In this document: one piece after another, positions 26,547-37,083 of the stretch | How the letters are laid out: every line of letters starts with the position of its first letter | How positions within the stretch are numbered: position 1 is the stretch's first letter | Source: a virus | Taxonomy: Duplodnaviria; Caudoviricetes | Length of the DNA: 44,597 nucleotides | Reading direction: 5' to 3' (one strand) | IMG/VR virus record: IMGVR_UViG_3300033388_002660 | Coordinates: 1-44,597 of that record | Notes under the pieces: generated by a model | What the model was told of the DNA's origin: nothing | Databases searched by the model: none | What the model saw: the letters and a program-made list of their open reading frames with translations, nothing else | Translations under genes and position numbers: made by a program

Positions 26547-28217
26547 ATGGCTGATATCTCAAAAAAGACTCAATGTTCGCAGAAGTGGACGGCTCTTGAT
26601 AGTCAGTTTAATATCTGGAAGAGTCTCTTTAAGGACATCACAGACTATATGCTCCCGGAGCATGGGAACTACCTTGACCGGGGCAAGCCAGATGAGTCCA
26701 CCAACATTGATAGGTTTCGTCTAATCCTGAATGACGTAGGCTCCAGGGCGAACCAGATCCTTGGCGCTGGTATGCAGGGAGGGCTTACGTCACCGTCAAG
26801 GCGTTGGTTCAGGCTTACGCTGGCAGATAGGGATCTGGCAGACTTCCGGCCTGTTAAGGAGTGGTTACACTTCGCAGAGCGGATCTTGTATGGCATCTAT
26901 GCAGGCAGCAATTTCTATACTGAAACTCAGAATGTCTATGAGAGTCAAGGCGGGTTTGGCACAGCTGTTCTATTCCAGGAAGAAAGTCAAAACACGGTGG
27001 CCACGTTCAGAAACTTTGAAATAGGTGAGTATCGTGTCGCCCTGGGAGCTGATGGCGTTATTGATACCTGTTATAGACAGTTCTGGATGACATCTAAGCA
27101 GATGTATGAGATGTTTGGTGATAATGTAAGCGCCTCAGTTAAAACGTCCGTTATTGACAACTCAGGTCCATATCAATATCACCAGGTGTTGCATGTGTTG
27201 GAGCCAAGGAAACATAGAAACCCTGGCAAGATTGATTCTCCCAACAAGCCATATGCCTCAGTATGGATAGAGATGAACGGCGATGACGATCAGCTGTTGA
27301 GGGACGGCGGGTTTGAAGAGCGGCCTTTTGTGGCTCCCAGGTGGAGAAAGGTCGGTCAGAATCCTTACGGCTTTGGTCCTGGCCTGTATGCACGTGGCAA
27401 CGTGAAGATGATCCAGGAACAGGAAAAAACCGGGATCAAAGCCCTGCATAGAGAGGTAGATCCCCCCCTGTCAGTTCCCAGCCAGTTTAAGGACATCGTT
27501 TCACTGTTACCGGGAGCGGCAAACTACCGCGATGGTGGAACAAACGAGAAGATAGAGGCGATCTTAAACGTCAAGATGGATCTGAAAGCCCTGGAGTTCA
27601 AGATCCAGCAAACAGAGGAAAGGATTGAGCGCACGTTTTTCAATGATCTGTTTATGATTATCATCAATGCAGAGCGTGCAGGCCGGGACGTAACAGCAAC
27701 TGAGATCCTTGGCAGGAAAGAGGAAAAGCTTTTGCTCCTTGGCCCCACGATTGAGCGCCAGGTTAAAGACTTCCTTGACCCGACTATCGAAAGAACTTTT
27801 AATATTGCTCTTAGGAAAAACCTATTTCCTCCTGTGCCGGAAGAATTGAGCGGGCAAACATGGGAGATCGAATATATAAGCGTGCTGGCACAGGCTCAGA
27901 AGCTTGCAGACGCGCAAAGCCTTAACTCCTATCTGGGAGAGGTTGAGCGTGTATCCGCGCTTGATCCGCAGATGGTTTATAAAACAAACTTTGAGGAATA
28001 CCTGGAACAGTTTGCAGACATTGTAGGCGTTCCTCCTGATGTGATCCGCACAAAAGATGAGTTTGCAGAGATCCGGGCGCAACTGGCACAGCTTGAACAA
28101 CAGCGATTGCAGGCAGAACAGCAAGCGGCTGGCGCTATTGACATGAAGAATATGGGAGATGCAAGCACACAAGAAGGGACCGCCCTGGGCGACATGAAGG
28201 AGGCCGTAAGTGGATAA
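26547..28217 (+). CDS. Portal (head-tail connector)
   Basis: LTSPSRRWFRL, FGTA, PRW...YGFGPG, TATE...EEKL..LGP; 556 aa. Confidence 0.93.
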   Translation: MADISKKTQCSQKWTALDSQFNIWKSLFKDITDYMLPEHGNYLDRGKPDESTNIDRFRLILNDVGSRANQILGAGMQGGLTSPSRRWFRLTLADRDLADFRPVKEWLHFAERILYGIYAGSNFYTETQNVYESQGGFGTAVLFQEESQNTVATFRNFEIGEYRVALGADGVIDTCYRQFWMTSKQMYEMFGDNVSASVKTSVIDNSGPYQYHQVLHVLEPRKHRNPGKIDSPNKPYASVWIEMNGDDDQLLRDGGFEERPFVAPRWRKVGQNPYGFGPGLYARGNVKMIQEQEKTGIKALHREVDPPLSVPSQFKDIVSLLPGAANYRDGGTNEKIEAILNVKMDLKALEFKIQQTEERIERTFFNDLFMIIINAERAGRDVTATEILGRKEEKLLLLGPTIERQVKDFLDPTIERTFNIALRKNLFPPVPEELSGQTWEIEYISVLAQAQKLADAQSLNSYLGEVERVSALDPQMVYKTNFEEYLEQFADIVGVPPDVIRTKDEFAEIRAQLAQLEQQRLQAEQQAAGAIDMKNMGDASTQEGTALGDMKEAVSG

Positions 28218-28572
28218 TCAAAGCATAGACGAAATATCAGACTTCCAGGAGGATGTGTTCAAGCTTGACAAGGTAAAGAAAGAAGGCATTGAAAAGCGCA
28301 GACTTCAAATAAAAAATGTTTGCGCTGACTATCAAGAGGTTTTTGGCACACCGGCTGGCCAAAGGGTGCTCTGGGATCTGCTTGAACAGACAGGAGTGTT
28401 TGCGCCTTTTGAACAGTATAATGCAGCCGCATACGCGATGATAGCAAAGCGCCAGATAGGCTTATACATTCTCGCTGCAAACGGTTTTAGTCCAGATCCG
28501 GTAAACCTTACCAAGCTGATCAAGGCTTTAATGGGCGCAAAGGGAATGTCAAATATAGAGGTTCATGTTTAA
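28210..28572 (+). CDS. Conserved post-portal protein (Bbp19-like)
   Basis: VFGTPAGQRVLWDLL...RQIGL pattern and position. Confidence 0.7.
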   Translation: MDNQSIDEISDFQEDVFKLDKVKKEGIEKRRLQIKNVCADYQEVFGTPAGQRVLWDLLEQTGVFAPFEQYNAAAYAMIAKRQIGLYILAANGFSPDPVNLTKLIKALMGAKGMSNIEVHV

Positions 28573-28581
28573 GGGGGAGAT

Positions 28582-28803
28582 ATGGCACTTAATATCGGAA
28601 TAGACTCAATGAGCGCAGACGATAGACGATGGCAGGCTGAATCGGACGCGAGGACACTCGCTGAAGCTGAAGAGATAAATAGTGATGAGGCAAGGATAAA
28701 GGCGGCGGCTGAAGCTGCAAAAGCCATGGCAGAAGAAAAGCAGAAAGAAGCCCATGACATGCAGACAGTGGCCAAAAGGTCGTTAAAATTCGACAAAATG
28801 TAA
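28582..28803 (+). CDS. Hypothetical helical protein
   Basis: WQAESDARTL.EAEEI..D..R pattern; RBS present. Confidence 0.65.
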   Translation: MALNIGIDSMSADDRRWQAESDARTLAEAEEINSDEARIKAAAEAAKAMAEEKQKEAHDMQTVAKRSLKFDKM

Positions 28804-28826
28804 ACCATTAATTTTGGAGGTACAAG

Positions 28827-29465
28827 ATGGCAGAAGGCGACGCAGGCCAGGGTGACACCGGCGCAGGCGAAGGCGATACATCTTTTCGTGATGGGATCAC
28901 AGATGAAGGCATGAGGGCCAACGAGCATTTAGGCGCTCACGAAACCCTTGATAGCCTTGCAACTGATTACATCGCATTGAAAGATTCTCAACCCGTATTA
29001 CCGGGGAGTGTAGACGAGTACAAGGTTGACATACCAGCTGACATCAAAGTTGATGAGGCTGACTTTGGCGCATTCAAAACGCTTGCTCACGAAAACGGCA
29101 TGACAAACGAGCTGTATCAGAAGATAGTACAGTTTGACTTTGCCCGGAGCTCCAGGATAGCCAAAGCCGATCAGGAAACCCATGAGGCTGCTGTTACAGA
29201 GCTTAAGACCGAATTGGGCGACAAGTACGACGCACAGTTAGCGATGGGTAAGAAAGTCCTTGAGGCTTCTGGTCGTATGGATGATCTGGGTAAGGACGTT
29301 GACCTTGGAAATACACCAGCACTTTTCCGCTTACTTAGTTGGGTTGGGGAGAAAATAAGCGAAGATCAACTTGAAATAGGCAGCGGTGGTGGAGAGGGCG
29401 ACACTCGTCCCAAAGATGACGCTGGCAGGCCTACTCTGCAATATAAAGGTATGCCGACTAGGTAG
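28827..29465 (+). CDS. Capsid scaffolding/assembly protein
   Basis: Acidic; LGN.P.LFRLL..VG..ISED pattern; immediately before the MCP. Confidence 0.75.
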   Translation: MAEGDAGQGDTGAGEGDTSFRDGITDEGMRANEHLGAHETLDSLATDYIALKDSQPVLPGSVDEYKVDIPADIKVDEADFGAFKTLAHENGMTNELYQKIVQFDFARSSRIAKADQETHEAAVTELKTELGDKYDAQLAMGKKVLEASGRMDDLGKDVDLGNTPALFRLLSWVGEKISEDQLEIGSGGGEGDTRPKDDAGRPTLQYKGMPTR

Positions 29466-29504
29466 ACTCTACGAGCCCTGCCATAAACAGGAGGTAAATA
29501 TCTT

Positions 29505-30470
29505 ATGGCAACATTAGTATCAAACGGATTAACCCTGGCAGAAGTTGCTAAGAGGAAAGATCCTAACGGAAATATGGCCACTATTGCAGAGGTTCTTGAA
29601 GAGGAGAATATGATCCTTCAGGATGCAATATGGAGAGAGGCAAACGATACTTTCAGTAACACATCGACGCGGAGGGCAAACGAGCCTGCTGGCTCTTTCC
29701 GTAAGCTAAACAGTGGTGTTGCGGTTGAGAAGAGTGAAACCGTACAGGTGGTTGATACCATTGGAATGCTTGACGCGATATCCAAAAACGATGTTGAGAT
29801 CATCAACGCCTTTCCTAACCCTGCACAGGGCAGGGCAGATGAAGCTATGCCTTTTGCAGCTGGGCTCGGCAAAACCATGGCAGCAACAATGATGTATGGT
29901 AATACGATTACAACTCCTGAGAAGTTTACAGGGCTGGCTCCCCGGCTGGACGATATCGCCGCAGCTGACAATGTTATCAATGAGGGTGGAACCGGATCTG
30001 ATCTATCATCCATATTTGTCGTTGATTGGGACCCAAACAAGGTCTTTATGACTTATCCAAAAAACTCCAGTGTTGGCCTTGACCACATTGACATGGGCGT
30101 GCAGCTTGTTGCCGATGTTGGCACAAACGAGTTCAGGGCTTATGTCGATTATTTCACCTGGAAAGCGGGCATGGTCGTGAAAAACTTCAAGAGCATTGGC
30201 AGGCTGGCTAACATCGAGTCTACCGGGACATCTAACATATTTGATGAGGACAACCTAATCACCCTGTTAAACAGGATGACGAAAGGCCCAGGCCGCAGAA
30301 TCTATGTTAATGAAACCGTGATGACCCAGATGGAGATCCGGCTCAAAGATAAGGCTAACATCCACTTTACAAAGGATGACGGCCTTGCTCCTGGGGGAGT
30401 TCTGTTTTTCAAACAGGTTCCGATCCGTCAGGTTGACCAGATTCTTATCACTGAGGCCGCATTGACATAG
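29505..30470 (+). CDS. Major capsid protein (BPP-1-like)
   Basis: TLAEVAKR.DPNG, FRKLNSGV, PEKFTGLAPR and VPIRQVDQIL.TEA motifs. Confidence 0.9.
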   Translation: MATLVSNGLTLAEVAKRKDPNGNMATIAEVLEEENMILQDAIWREANDTFSNTSTRRANEPAGSFRKLNSGVAVEKSETVQVVDTIGMLDAISKNDVEIINAFPNPAQGRADEAMPFAAGLGKTMAATMMYGNTITTPEKFTGLAPRLDDIAAADNVINEGGTGSDLSSIFVVDWDPNKVFMTYPKNSSVGLDHIDMGVQLVADVGTNEFRAYVDYFTWKAGMVVKNFKSIGRLANIESTGTSNIFDEDNLITLLNRMTKGPGRRIYVNETVMTQMEIRLKDKANIHFTKDDGLAPGGVLFFKQVPIRQVDQILITEAALT

Positions 30471-30544
30471 GTTAATCGTATATCAAGTTAACCGATAGGT
30501 AGAAAACGCTTTAAAAGTTAACCATAGATCGTGGAGGTAAAAAC

Positions 30545-30994
30545 ATGGCAATTTTAGATGCTAACTTAGAATTTTCGGACGCTCAGACTCAGGTCGGGAG
30601 CTCCGCAGCCGTCGCACAGTCTACAAATGTGTACGATATGTGGGAGGGCAAATCAGCCAATCCAAACAAAGACGCTTTTGGAAACGCGAAACTCCCAGAG
30701 CTGGGCAACGCTGTTTGGAATGCAAACATTAACATAGTGATAAACGCTGTTACCATTATCACTGCAAAGCTGATGACACACTCTGCGGCAACGTCCATTA
30801 AGTCAGGGACAGAGGTTGCAAGTATTGTGTTTCCAGCCGCAGCCCCAGCCGGTACAAAGAGAGCTTTCAAGATTCCTCCTGGGACCGAGATTGCTACCAG
30901 GTATCTTGGAGTAACTTACACGATATCAGGCGCAAACTGCACAACTGGAGCGATTGACAGCTTTATCAATCTTGACAATGAAGCATACGACTAA
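30545..30994 (+). CDS. Capsid cement/decoration protein (Bbp16-like)
   Basis: ILDA.LEFSDAQ...STNVYD...RYLGVTY...G.IDSFI; follows the MCP. Confidence 0.75.
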   Translation: MAILDANLEFSDAQTQVGSSAAVAQSTNVYDMWEGKSANPNKDAFGNAKLPELGNAVWNANINIVINAVTIITAKLMTHSAATSIKSGTEVASIVFPAAAPAGTKRAFKIPPGTEIATRYLGVTYTISGANCTTGAIDSFINLDNEAYD

Positions 30995-31031
30995 GATTAA
31001 TAAGCTGTAAGGCTTACAGCACTAAGAAAAA

Positions 31032-31076
31032 GCATCCCGGAGATCAAGCACGCTCCGGGGTGCATTAACCCTTTTT
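31032..31076 (+). terminator. Stem-loop/terminator after the capsid genes
   Basis: gcatcccggag / ctccggggtgc stem with a T run shortly downstream. Confidence 0.55.
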
Positions 31077-31092
31077 ATGAAGGAGAATAGCA

Positions 31093-31314
31093 ATGGCTGC
31101 ATGGACAGGAAACATAGTAGGTATGGGCGGCGAAGGTAAGTATCCCGCTGCTGATGGACAGAGAAAGTTTAGAGAGCCATTAAACCCTGATCTTTACGAT
31201 GAATACTATCTCAAGACAGCTCAGGCAGAGGGGCTTATCTGTAAGGTTTGGATTCTAAAAGACGTAACTGTGACAGCAAGTGATACGTTCACATTGACGG
31301 TCAAGGCTGCGTAG
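31093..31314 (+). CDS. Hypothetical protein
   Basis: AGGAG RBS. Confidence 0.6.
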   Translation: MAAWTGNIVGMGGEGKYPAADGQRKFREPLNPDLYDEYYLKTAQAEGLICKVWILKDVTVTASDTFTLTVKAA

Positions 31315-31451
31315 GTAGGTATGCATTGCATACTTGCGTACGCTCCGGAGGGAGCTGCCGGCCGGAAACCGGATTGAATTATTTCAATAGGTTGTGAAAA
31401 AACTAAACATGGTAGGCGTTACATACTAAACTGGAAAAGGAGAGGAGCCAA

Positions 31452-32225
31452 ATGTTAAAGAATATCGTAAAATATAACCCTGTAAGGATTATGGGGCCAG
31501 CGTTAGAAAATGCACGTTGGGGGTTGGATGTAGTCTCGCAGAAATACACTTGTGCTGGGCGTGTTTACAGTGACCCTCTTAAAAAATGGATCTTTGTAAA
31601 TCCGGTTCCTAAAGAGAGTGTGTGCAGCGTTTACACCTTAATTGTGGATAGCGCCGGTTTTATTCCTTCCCCTTGCTTAAAGTGCTGGAAAGTAGTTGTG
31701 AAGCCGTTTACCTTGCAGGAGCTTATGGCGCTGTATGAGTTCCAAAAGGAGTTTACCGCAAACTACATGACCAAAGATAGATTTTGCAAATGTGGGGTAG
31801 AGGAGCGCGCCTGGACCCCATATAATTACGGTGGATACTTCTATAACAGGTCAAAGCAGCAAGGCCTTGAGAGATATGCACAGGTGCGTAAAGCCGTGGA
31901 TAAGATAAATCCAAACATCCCGGTGATCCTCAAAAGGTATTGCACAGAGTTTGAGATCCGGTTAGGTCCATCCGATAAGTACAAAAGGCCTGAAGGCTCT
32001 GATATCCTGGAAAAAAGGATCTGGGATATAATTGATTGGGACAGCATAGGAGACAATGTTCCTCAACAGCCTGACGTAGTTGAGAAGAATCTTTCAAAGT
32101 GGATAGAGTTTGCGTGGGATAGAGGCGACCACACAGCTATAATGTTTAACGATGGAGAGCCACTTTACGAGCCTTGCGTAACTTACCATAAACAGCAAAC
32201 CCCAAAGGAGAATGAGAATGGCTAA
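31452..32225 (+). CDS. Hypothetical Cys-containing protein
   Basis: 257-aa ORF with strong RBS; C..CWKVVV, CKCG.E.R, YGGYFY and KRYCTEFE motifs. Confidence 0.7.
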   Translation: MLKNIVKYNPVRIMGPALENARWGLDVVSQKYTCAGRVYSDPLKKWIFVNPVPKESVCSVYTLIVDSAGFIPSPCLKCWKVVVKPFTLQELMALYEFQKEFTANYMTKDRFCKCGVEERAWTPYNYGGYFYNRSKQQGLERYAQVRKAVDKINPNIPVILKRYCTEFEIRLGPSDKYKRPEGSDILEKRIWDIIDWDSIGDNVPQQPDVVEKNLSKWIEFAWDRGDHTAIMFNDGEPLYEPCVTYHKQQTPKENENG

Positions 32226-32784
32226 ACCAACTTATGTATGCTTCCGTCAATGCTACTATTTAAACACTTATTTTAATGTTGGAGATATCCTGAAACCAGA
32301 CCTGGAGCCCAACAAACATTTTCTCCAGGAGGGCGAAGACGTGCCGGATGATGGCGGGCCTCCTGCCAGGGCTGGCGATGATCCAAGGTCTACCAAGCAG
32401 ATCGCGTCCGATCTGATGGGTAGCTATCCAGATGTTGAGATACCTCCTGAAGCGGTAGGGAACAGGAAAGCGCTGTTTGCTCTGTGGGTTGAGGCTGGCA
32501 AAGATGCCAAGCCTGCACCAAGGGAGCCGGAGCCTGCGCCTGATGGCCAGGAAGATCCTTCCATAAATACGCCTCCTGGAGCTCCAGGAAAAGATATCAG
32601 GTTTGCCGACATGACACCGGATCAGATTGCAGACATCACACAGAAAGGCATCGCAGAAAAGGTTGAGCGCATGTATAAGCAGGAGTTTAAGTTCGCCGGT
32701 GCACCCAAGATAGACTTGATTAAAAGGGCTATCATCGTGGAGGAGAAATACGAAGCCAAACAGGTTGGCGCTAACGCCAAATAG
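32212..32784 (+). CDS. Hypothetical protein
   Basis: AAGGAG RBS; operon packing. Confidence 0.65.
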   Translation: MRMAKPTYVCFRQCYYLNTYFNVGDILKPDLEPNKHFLQEGEDVPDDGGPPARAGDDPRSTKQIASDLMGSYPDVEIPPEAVGNRKALFALWVEAGKDAKPAPREPEPAPDGQEDPSINTPPGAPGKDIRFADMTPDQIADITQKGIAEKVERMYKQEFKFAGAPKIDLIKRAIIVEEKYEAKQVGANAK

Positions 32785-32796
32785 AGGGGGTGTAAT

Positions 32797-33150
32797 ATGA
32801 GAAACCTATTTGCTATTATTCCGCTAATTTTCAGCTTAATTGTTTTATTGATAGTTTGCCAGGTTGAGGCCGCTGATGTGACCTTGGCCTGGGACGCAAA
32901 CACTGAGCCGGATCTCGCAGGATACTACATCTATTATGGTACTGCGAGTAGAGAATATGGCGCACCGATAACGGTTGGGTTAGAAACTGAGTACACAATA
33001 ACCGGGCTACCAGATAGAGTTTTCCATTATTTCGCGGTAACTGCGAGGGATACAGAATTTATGGAAAGCTTAGAGCCTTCAAATGAAGTTATATGCGCTG
33101 ATAAATTACCGCCCGGAACAGTGATAAACATTAATGTAAATTGTAATTAG
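32797..33150 (+). CDS. Fibronectin type III domain protein with signal peptide
   Basis: VTLAWDAN.EPDLAGYYIYYG...YTITGL...YFAVTA.D...ES..SNEV; hydrophobic N-terminus ending VEA. Confidence 0.85.
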   Translation: MRNLFAIIPLIFSLIVLLIVCQVEAADVTLAWDANTEPDLAGYYIYYGTASREYGAPITVGLETEYTITGLPDRVFHYFAVTARDTEFMESLEPSNEVICADKLPPGTVININVNCN

Positions 33151-33157
33151 GCGAATC

Positions 33158-33637
33158 ATGGCAAACATAGTGAGCATAGATACTGGAACATTCAATGAGG
33201 CACAGAATAAAATTAGCGATATTGTAAGTATCCATGACGACAAGGTAATTTTAGGCCCGGCGTATGATACGTTCAAGATAACTCATATTTCTGATATGAC
33301 CGCCAAAGAGATCGAAACAGTATTTAATACGTTAACGTCTGAAAAGGACGTGGCATATAAAGCAGAAAAAACAGAGTGGACTTTTGAGTCACCGGAAGTA
33401 AAAGAAGTCTGGAGAGACTCTGCGGGAGACTGGAAGTTTATTGAGAATAAACCCAAGTATTCTTTTACTCTCAGTTCCCTAACGAATGAAGACCTTGTAG
33501 AACTTAATAAAGATGGTGTTATAGTGTCCAAAGTCGTTAAGAAATCAATTCTTTCTAAGTGCATCGAAAAGATAAGTGCAGACCCATTAAATCAAGCAAA
33601 AGCAACCGACTTAAACAAGGTGGCAGTAGTTGGCTGA
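33158..33637 (+). CDS. Hypothetical protein
   Basis: Operon packing. Confidence 0.65.
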   Translation: MANIVSIDTGTFNEAQNKISDIVSIHDDKVILGPAYDTFKITHISDMTAKEIETVFNTLTSEKDVAYKAEKTEWTFESPEVKEVWRDSAGDWKFIENKPKYSFTLSSLTNEDLVELNKDGVIVSKVVKKSILSKCIEKISADPLNQAKATDLNKVAVVG

Positions 33638-34913
33638 CAACGTATATTACAGCATAAACCCCTATGGCGCTGGTGATTTAAAAGTTGCCTGTAATATTGA
33701 GATTACGGGCGGTTCAGGGATAGCTACGTTCAGCGAATCTCAAACAGGAAATATCGGCGTTGGGTGTCATGTAATATCTGATAATATTGACGGCTATATT
33801 AGCGATGTAGCCAGCCCTACAGTCATGACTATTGTGACAGCTTTAGGCGTTGCTCATGGAAATATATCTTTAGAAGTATTAACAAGCATTGCTCATGAGT
33901 ATGCTTCTATTTCTGCATTTATCGCCGGATGTACCGACGCCGATCATATTAACGATACAGACTTAACAAACGCTGATGTTATAGCAAACGGGCCTTTTTA
34001 TGTTGATCAAGATGACCAAACACCTGACACTACATTTCCCACTATATCTGGTATTACGACGGATGCAACTCGACGCATTAATTTGTATGCTCCGAACAGT
34101 GCTGCTGAATGTATATCTGATGAAGTTGGGGGCGGTTTTTACCAACGCCACGATGGAAAACTAAACACAAATGCTGCTTTGTTAAGTATAGCATCAAACA
34201 CTAATGTTATTGATATAGCTAATAACAATGTAACTTTGGAGGGTTTCCAAGGAATTTTTACAGGGAATTGGGGCACTCCGTTCATGGATGTTGATGCTAA
34301 TACCGGCATCGAAATAATTGATTCCATTTTAGACTGTAATGATAAAAAGCCGCGAGGGATATATACTAACGGTGCGGCAGGGATTGAATTTATAAACACA
34401 TTAATATATGACGCAACACAACACGGTTTTTTTAATGACTTCGGTGGTGGAACGCAAACTTTTTTTAATTGTACTATAACAGGCTGTGTGGGTACAGGGG
34501 TTAGGCGTACCAGTGGCACTATAACAACAACTAATTGCGCCTTATTTGATAATGCCGACGATATTTTTGGCACAGTAACAATAGTAAATTGTGCAACAGA
34601 AGAAGGGGCCGGAGAAGGTTCAAACGGAGTAGCTATAACACAGACTGCAAGCAATTACGCAGCTCTTGTTACAGATTATTCTATTCTTGATTTTAGCGTA
34701 AAAGATGCAAGCTCTGAGCTGTATAACGCTGGAACAAACGCAGGTGCACCAAATGATGATATTATAGGTACGTCAAGGCCTCAATCGACTACTGTTGATA
34801 TTGGGGCTTTTGAGTTCGTTGTCGGAGCGCCGCCATCTGGTGCAATTCCTTTACTTGTAGGCGGGGGCATGGGGCAAACCCTGGGCAGTAACTGTAATTT
34901 AATGACGGAGTAA
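33630..34913 (+). CDS. Right-handed beta-helix virion-associated protein
   Basis: N/T/I/G-rich repeats (FFNCTITGC, TNCALFDN); C-terminal DIIGTSRPQ...DIGAFE motif. Confidence 0.7.
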   Translation: MADNVYYSINPYGAGDLKVACNIEITGGSGIATFSESQTGNIGVGCHVISDNIDGYISDVASPTVMTIVTALGVAHGNISLEVLTSIAHEYASISAFIAGCTDADHINDTDLTNADVIANGPFYVDQDDQTPDTTFPTISGITTDATRRINLYAPNSAAECISDEVGGGFYQRHDGKLNTNAALLSIASNTNVIDIANNNVTLEGFQGIFTGNWGTPFMDVDANTGIEIIDSILDCNDKKPRGIYTNGAAGIEFINTLIYDATQHGFFNDFGGGTQTFFNCTITGCVGTGVRRTSGTITTTNCALFDNADDIFGTVTIVNCATEEGAGEGSNGVAITQTASNYAALVTDYSILDFSVKDASSELYNAGTNAGAPNDDIIGTSRPQSTTVDIGAFEFVVGAPPSGAIPLLVGGGMGQTLGSNCNLMTE

Positions 34914-34917
34914 TACC

Positions 34918-37083
34918 ATGAAACAAGAAGTCAAGCAGGGAGAAACGGATTACACTATACTGATTTTAGTCAGGGACACATCGGGTAATGCGGCTACGCA
35001 ACTTGCTTTCGGTGATATTGATCTTGCATACTCCAGGGTTGAGACTGATAATGATGTGACTACAACTGATGTTGCTCCGGCTGACTTAGCAGGGCCAGCA
35101 CTTTCTGATCCTCATCTTGATTGGGGGTTTTTAGAGGTAGAGCCTGACGATCATCCAGGGTTATATAGGCTCGATATAGCTGACGCTGTTTTCGCAGCTG
35201 GCGCGTGGAGTGCTGTTGTTAGCCTGACAGGAGCCGATCTTGAGCCTTCTCATTGTGAGTTTATGCTTGTCCCTGCCAGCCCTCTTGACGGTGTGGCTGT
35301 AAGCGAAATGGGGGCAGATGTCTTGACCGCAGCCGCAATAGCCCCCGCAGCCATAGACAACGCAACGTGGGCGGCAGATGTTGGCTCAACAGCTTACGCC
35401 ACAAACATAATCGCCCTGGCTGTTAGAAAAGCTCTTGATGAAATAAGGCTCGATCATCTTGTATTTATCGCGGATGCAGATGATGTGGTTGACGATTCTA
35501 TAATGGCAAAGATAGCCGCCTCTGATGGGGATTGGTCAAACTTTGCCTCTGCTACCGATGCTTTGCAAGCCCTGGCTGCGTCATTAAGCAGCATAGCAAA
35601 TGTTGGCGCGGCTGTTAACACACCCTCTGAAAGCTTTACCCTGACAGATGGCAACGTGGTTGCAAACACTTTTGCAGATACAGTGGCGCTCGATCAGGTA
35701 TATCATCAAATAAATGATGAAGATGGCTCAACCGGAGATATTGACTGCTACTATCAATTTGATATTGGTGGAGATGGTTCACCAACGAGTGTCACTATTA
35801 CTGGCAGGATAAACAGTGTGGGTAACAACCATGACGTGCTGGCCTATAATTGGAGTACAACCTCATGGGGTCAGATAGGAGCGTTCGCGAGCAAGGCTCA
35901 ATCTGTTGACGATGTAAACACCTACACTCTATTTACCTCTCATGTTGGCACAGCTGGCAATCTTGGCAAAGTCAGGATTCGGTTACTTGGCACAGGATTG
36001 TCGGGCCCAGACATCTATATTGACCAGATTTTTGTATCTTATGCAATCGTGGCCAGGTCGGTTGGTTATGAGGGCGGGTCGGTATGGATTGATACCGTGG
36101 GTGGAACTGCTGGGACAGAATCGTTTGTGAATGGTACGGCTGACAATCCGGCCCTCACTCTTGCTGACGCTTTAACTATTCAAAGCAACATGGGGCTTAA
36201 CTCCCTACATATCCTTGCAGGCTCTTCGGTTACGCTTACCGCTTCATATATAAGCAAAGTTATGCTCGGAGATTCTTACACGTTGGCTTTAGGCGGTCAG
36301 GACATATCTGGCTCAAAATTCAAAAACGCCATATCTGTCACAGGAATTATGACCGCACCGACCGGAGTTCCAATATTTGATTTTTGCGGTTTTGGAAACG
36401 TGACATTATCTCCTTGTGCTACGTTCCAATGTGGCTTTTTCGGCACTATTACGATTGGAGTCGAAGGATCTTTTGTTTTCGGATCGTCTTCAACTTATCT
36501 ACCACATGGGACTGACACTGTTTTTGATTACGGGGCTGGCTTAGATGCCTCTAATATAGAGTGTTTGGGCTGGACAGGTGGCGGCATTGAGATTCAAAAC
36601 GCCGGGGCTGGGGCAGGGACTTATATCTTCTCAATTCACGGTTGGGGTGAAGTAGAGCTCAATGCAAATTGTAGCGCGACTTTTGAATGTAACCTGTACG
36701 GCAATTTTGAATTTACAAACAATGCGGCTGGGATAACCGTTGAAGAAGAAGCGAACTATAACGAGACTCAGGCTGACGCGCTTATCACGGCAAACGCTTC
36801 TATAGCTGCAATCCTTGTTGACACTGACACCACGATCCCTGGCCTTGTAGCTGCCTTGAATGACATAGCCGCTGCCGACGTATGGACAGAAGGAAGTGCG
36901 AGAATAGAGGATTACGGCCTGCTACTTGAAAAGCTGGCAGATTGGCACTTTAACGAGAAGACTGTCACGGATGCCACAGGAGCCGTGTTGCTTAGAAACC
37001 AGGGAGATTCGGGAGATTTGGCAAGTTGGGGAATAACGGACAATGCTACAATAACTGTGAGCACGGAGATATCATGGCCATAA
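34918..37083 (+). CDS. Large acidic virion structural/fibre-like protein
   Basis: 721 aa; PGLYRLDI.DA motif; NGTADNP followed by a beta-rich region. Confidence 0.65.
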   Translation: MKQEVKQGETDYTILILVRDTSGNAATQLAFGDIDLAYSRVETDNDVTTTDVAPADLAGPALSDPHLDWGFLEVEPDDHPGLYRLDIADAVFAAGAWSAVVSLTGADLEPSHCEFMLVPASPLDGVAVSEMGADVLTAAAIAPAAIDNATWAADVGSTAYATNIIALAVRKALDEIRLDHLVFIADADDVVDDSIMAKIAASDGDWSNFASATDALQALAASLSSIANVGAAVNTPSESFTLTDGNVVANTFADTVALDQVYHQINDEDGSTGDIDCYYQFDIGGDGSPTSVTITGRINSVGNNHDVLAYNWSTTSWGQIGAFASKAQSVDDVNTYTLFTSHVGTAGNLGKVRIRLLGTGLSGPDIYIDQIFVSYAIVARSVGYEGGSVWIDTVGGTAGTESFVNGTADNPALTLADALTIQSNMGLNSLHILAGSSVTLTASYISKVMLGDSYTLALGGQDISGSKFKNAISVTGIMTAPTGVPIFDFCGFGNVTLSPCATFQCGFFGTITIGVEGSFVFGSSSTYLPHGTDTVFDYGAGLDASNIECLGWTGGGIEIQNAGAGAGTYIFSIHGWGEVELNANCSATFECNLYGNFEFTNNAAGITVEEEANYNETQADALITANASIAAILVDTDTTIPGLVAALNDIAAADVWTEGSARIEDYGLLLEKLADWHFNEKTVTDATGAVLLRNQGDSGDLASWGITDNATITVSTEISWP

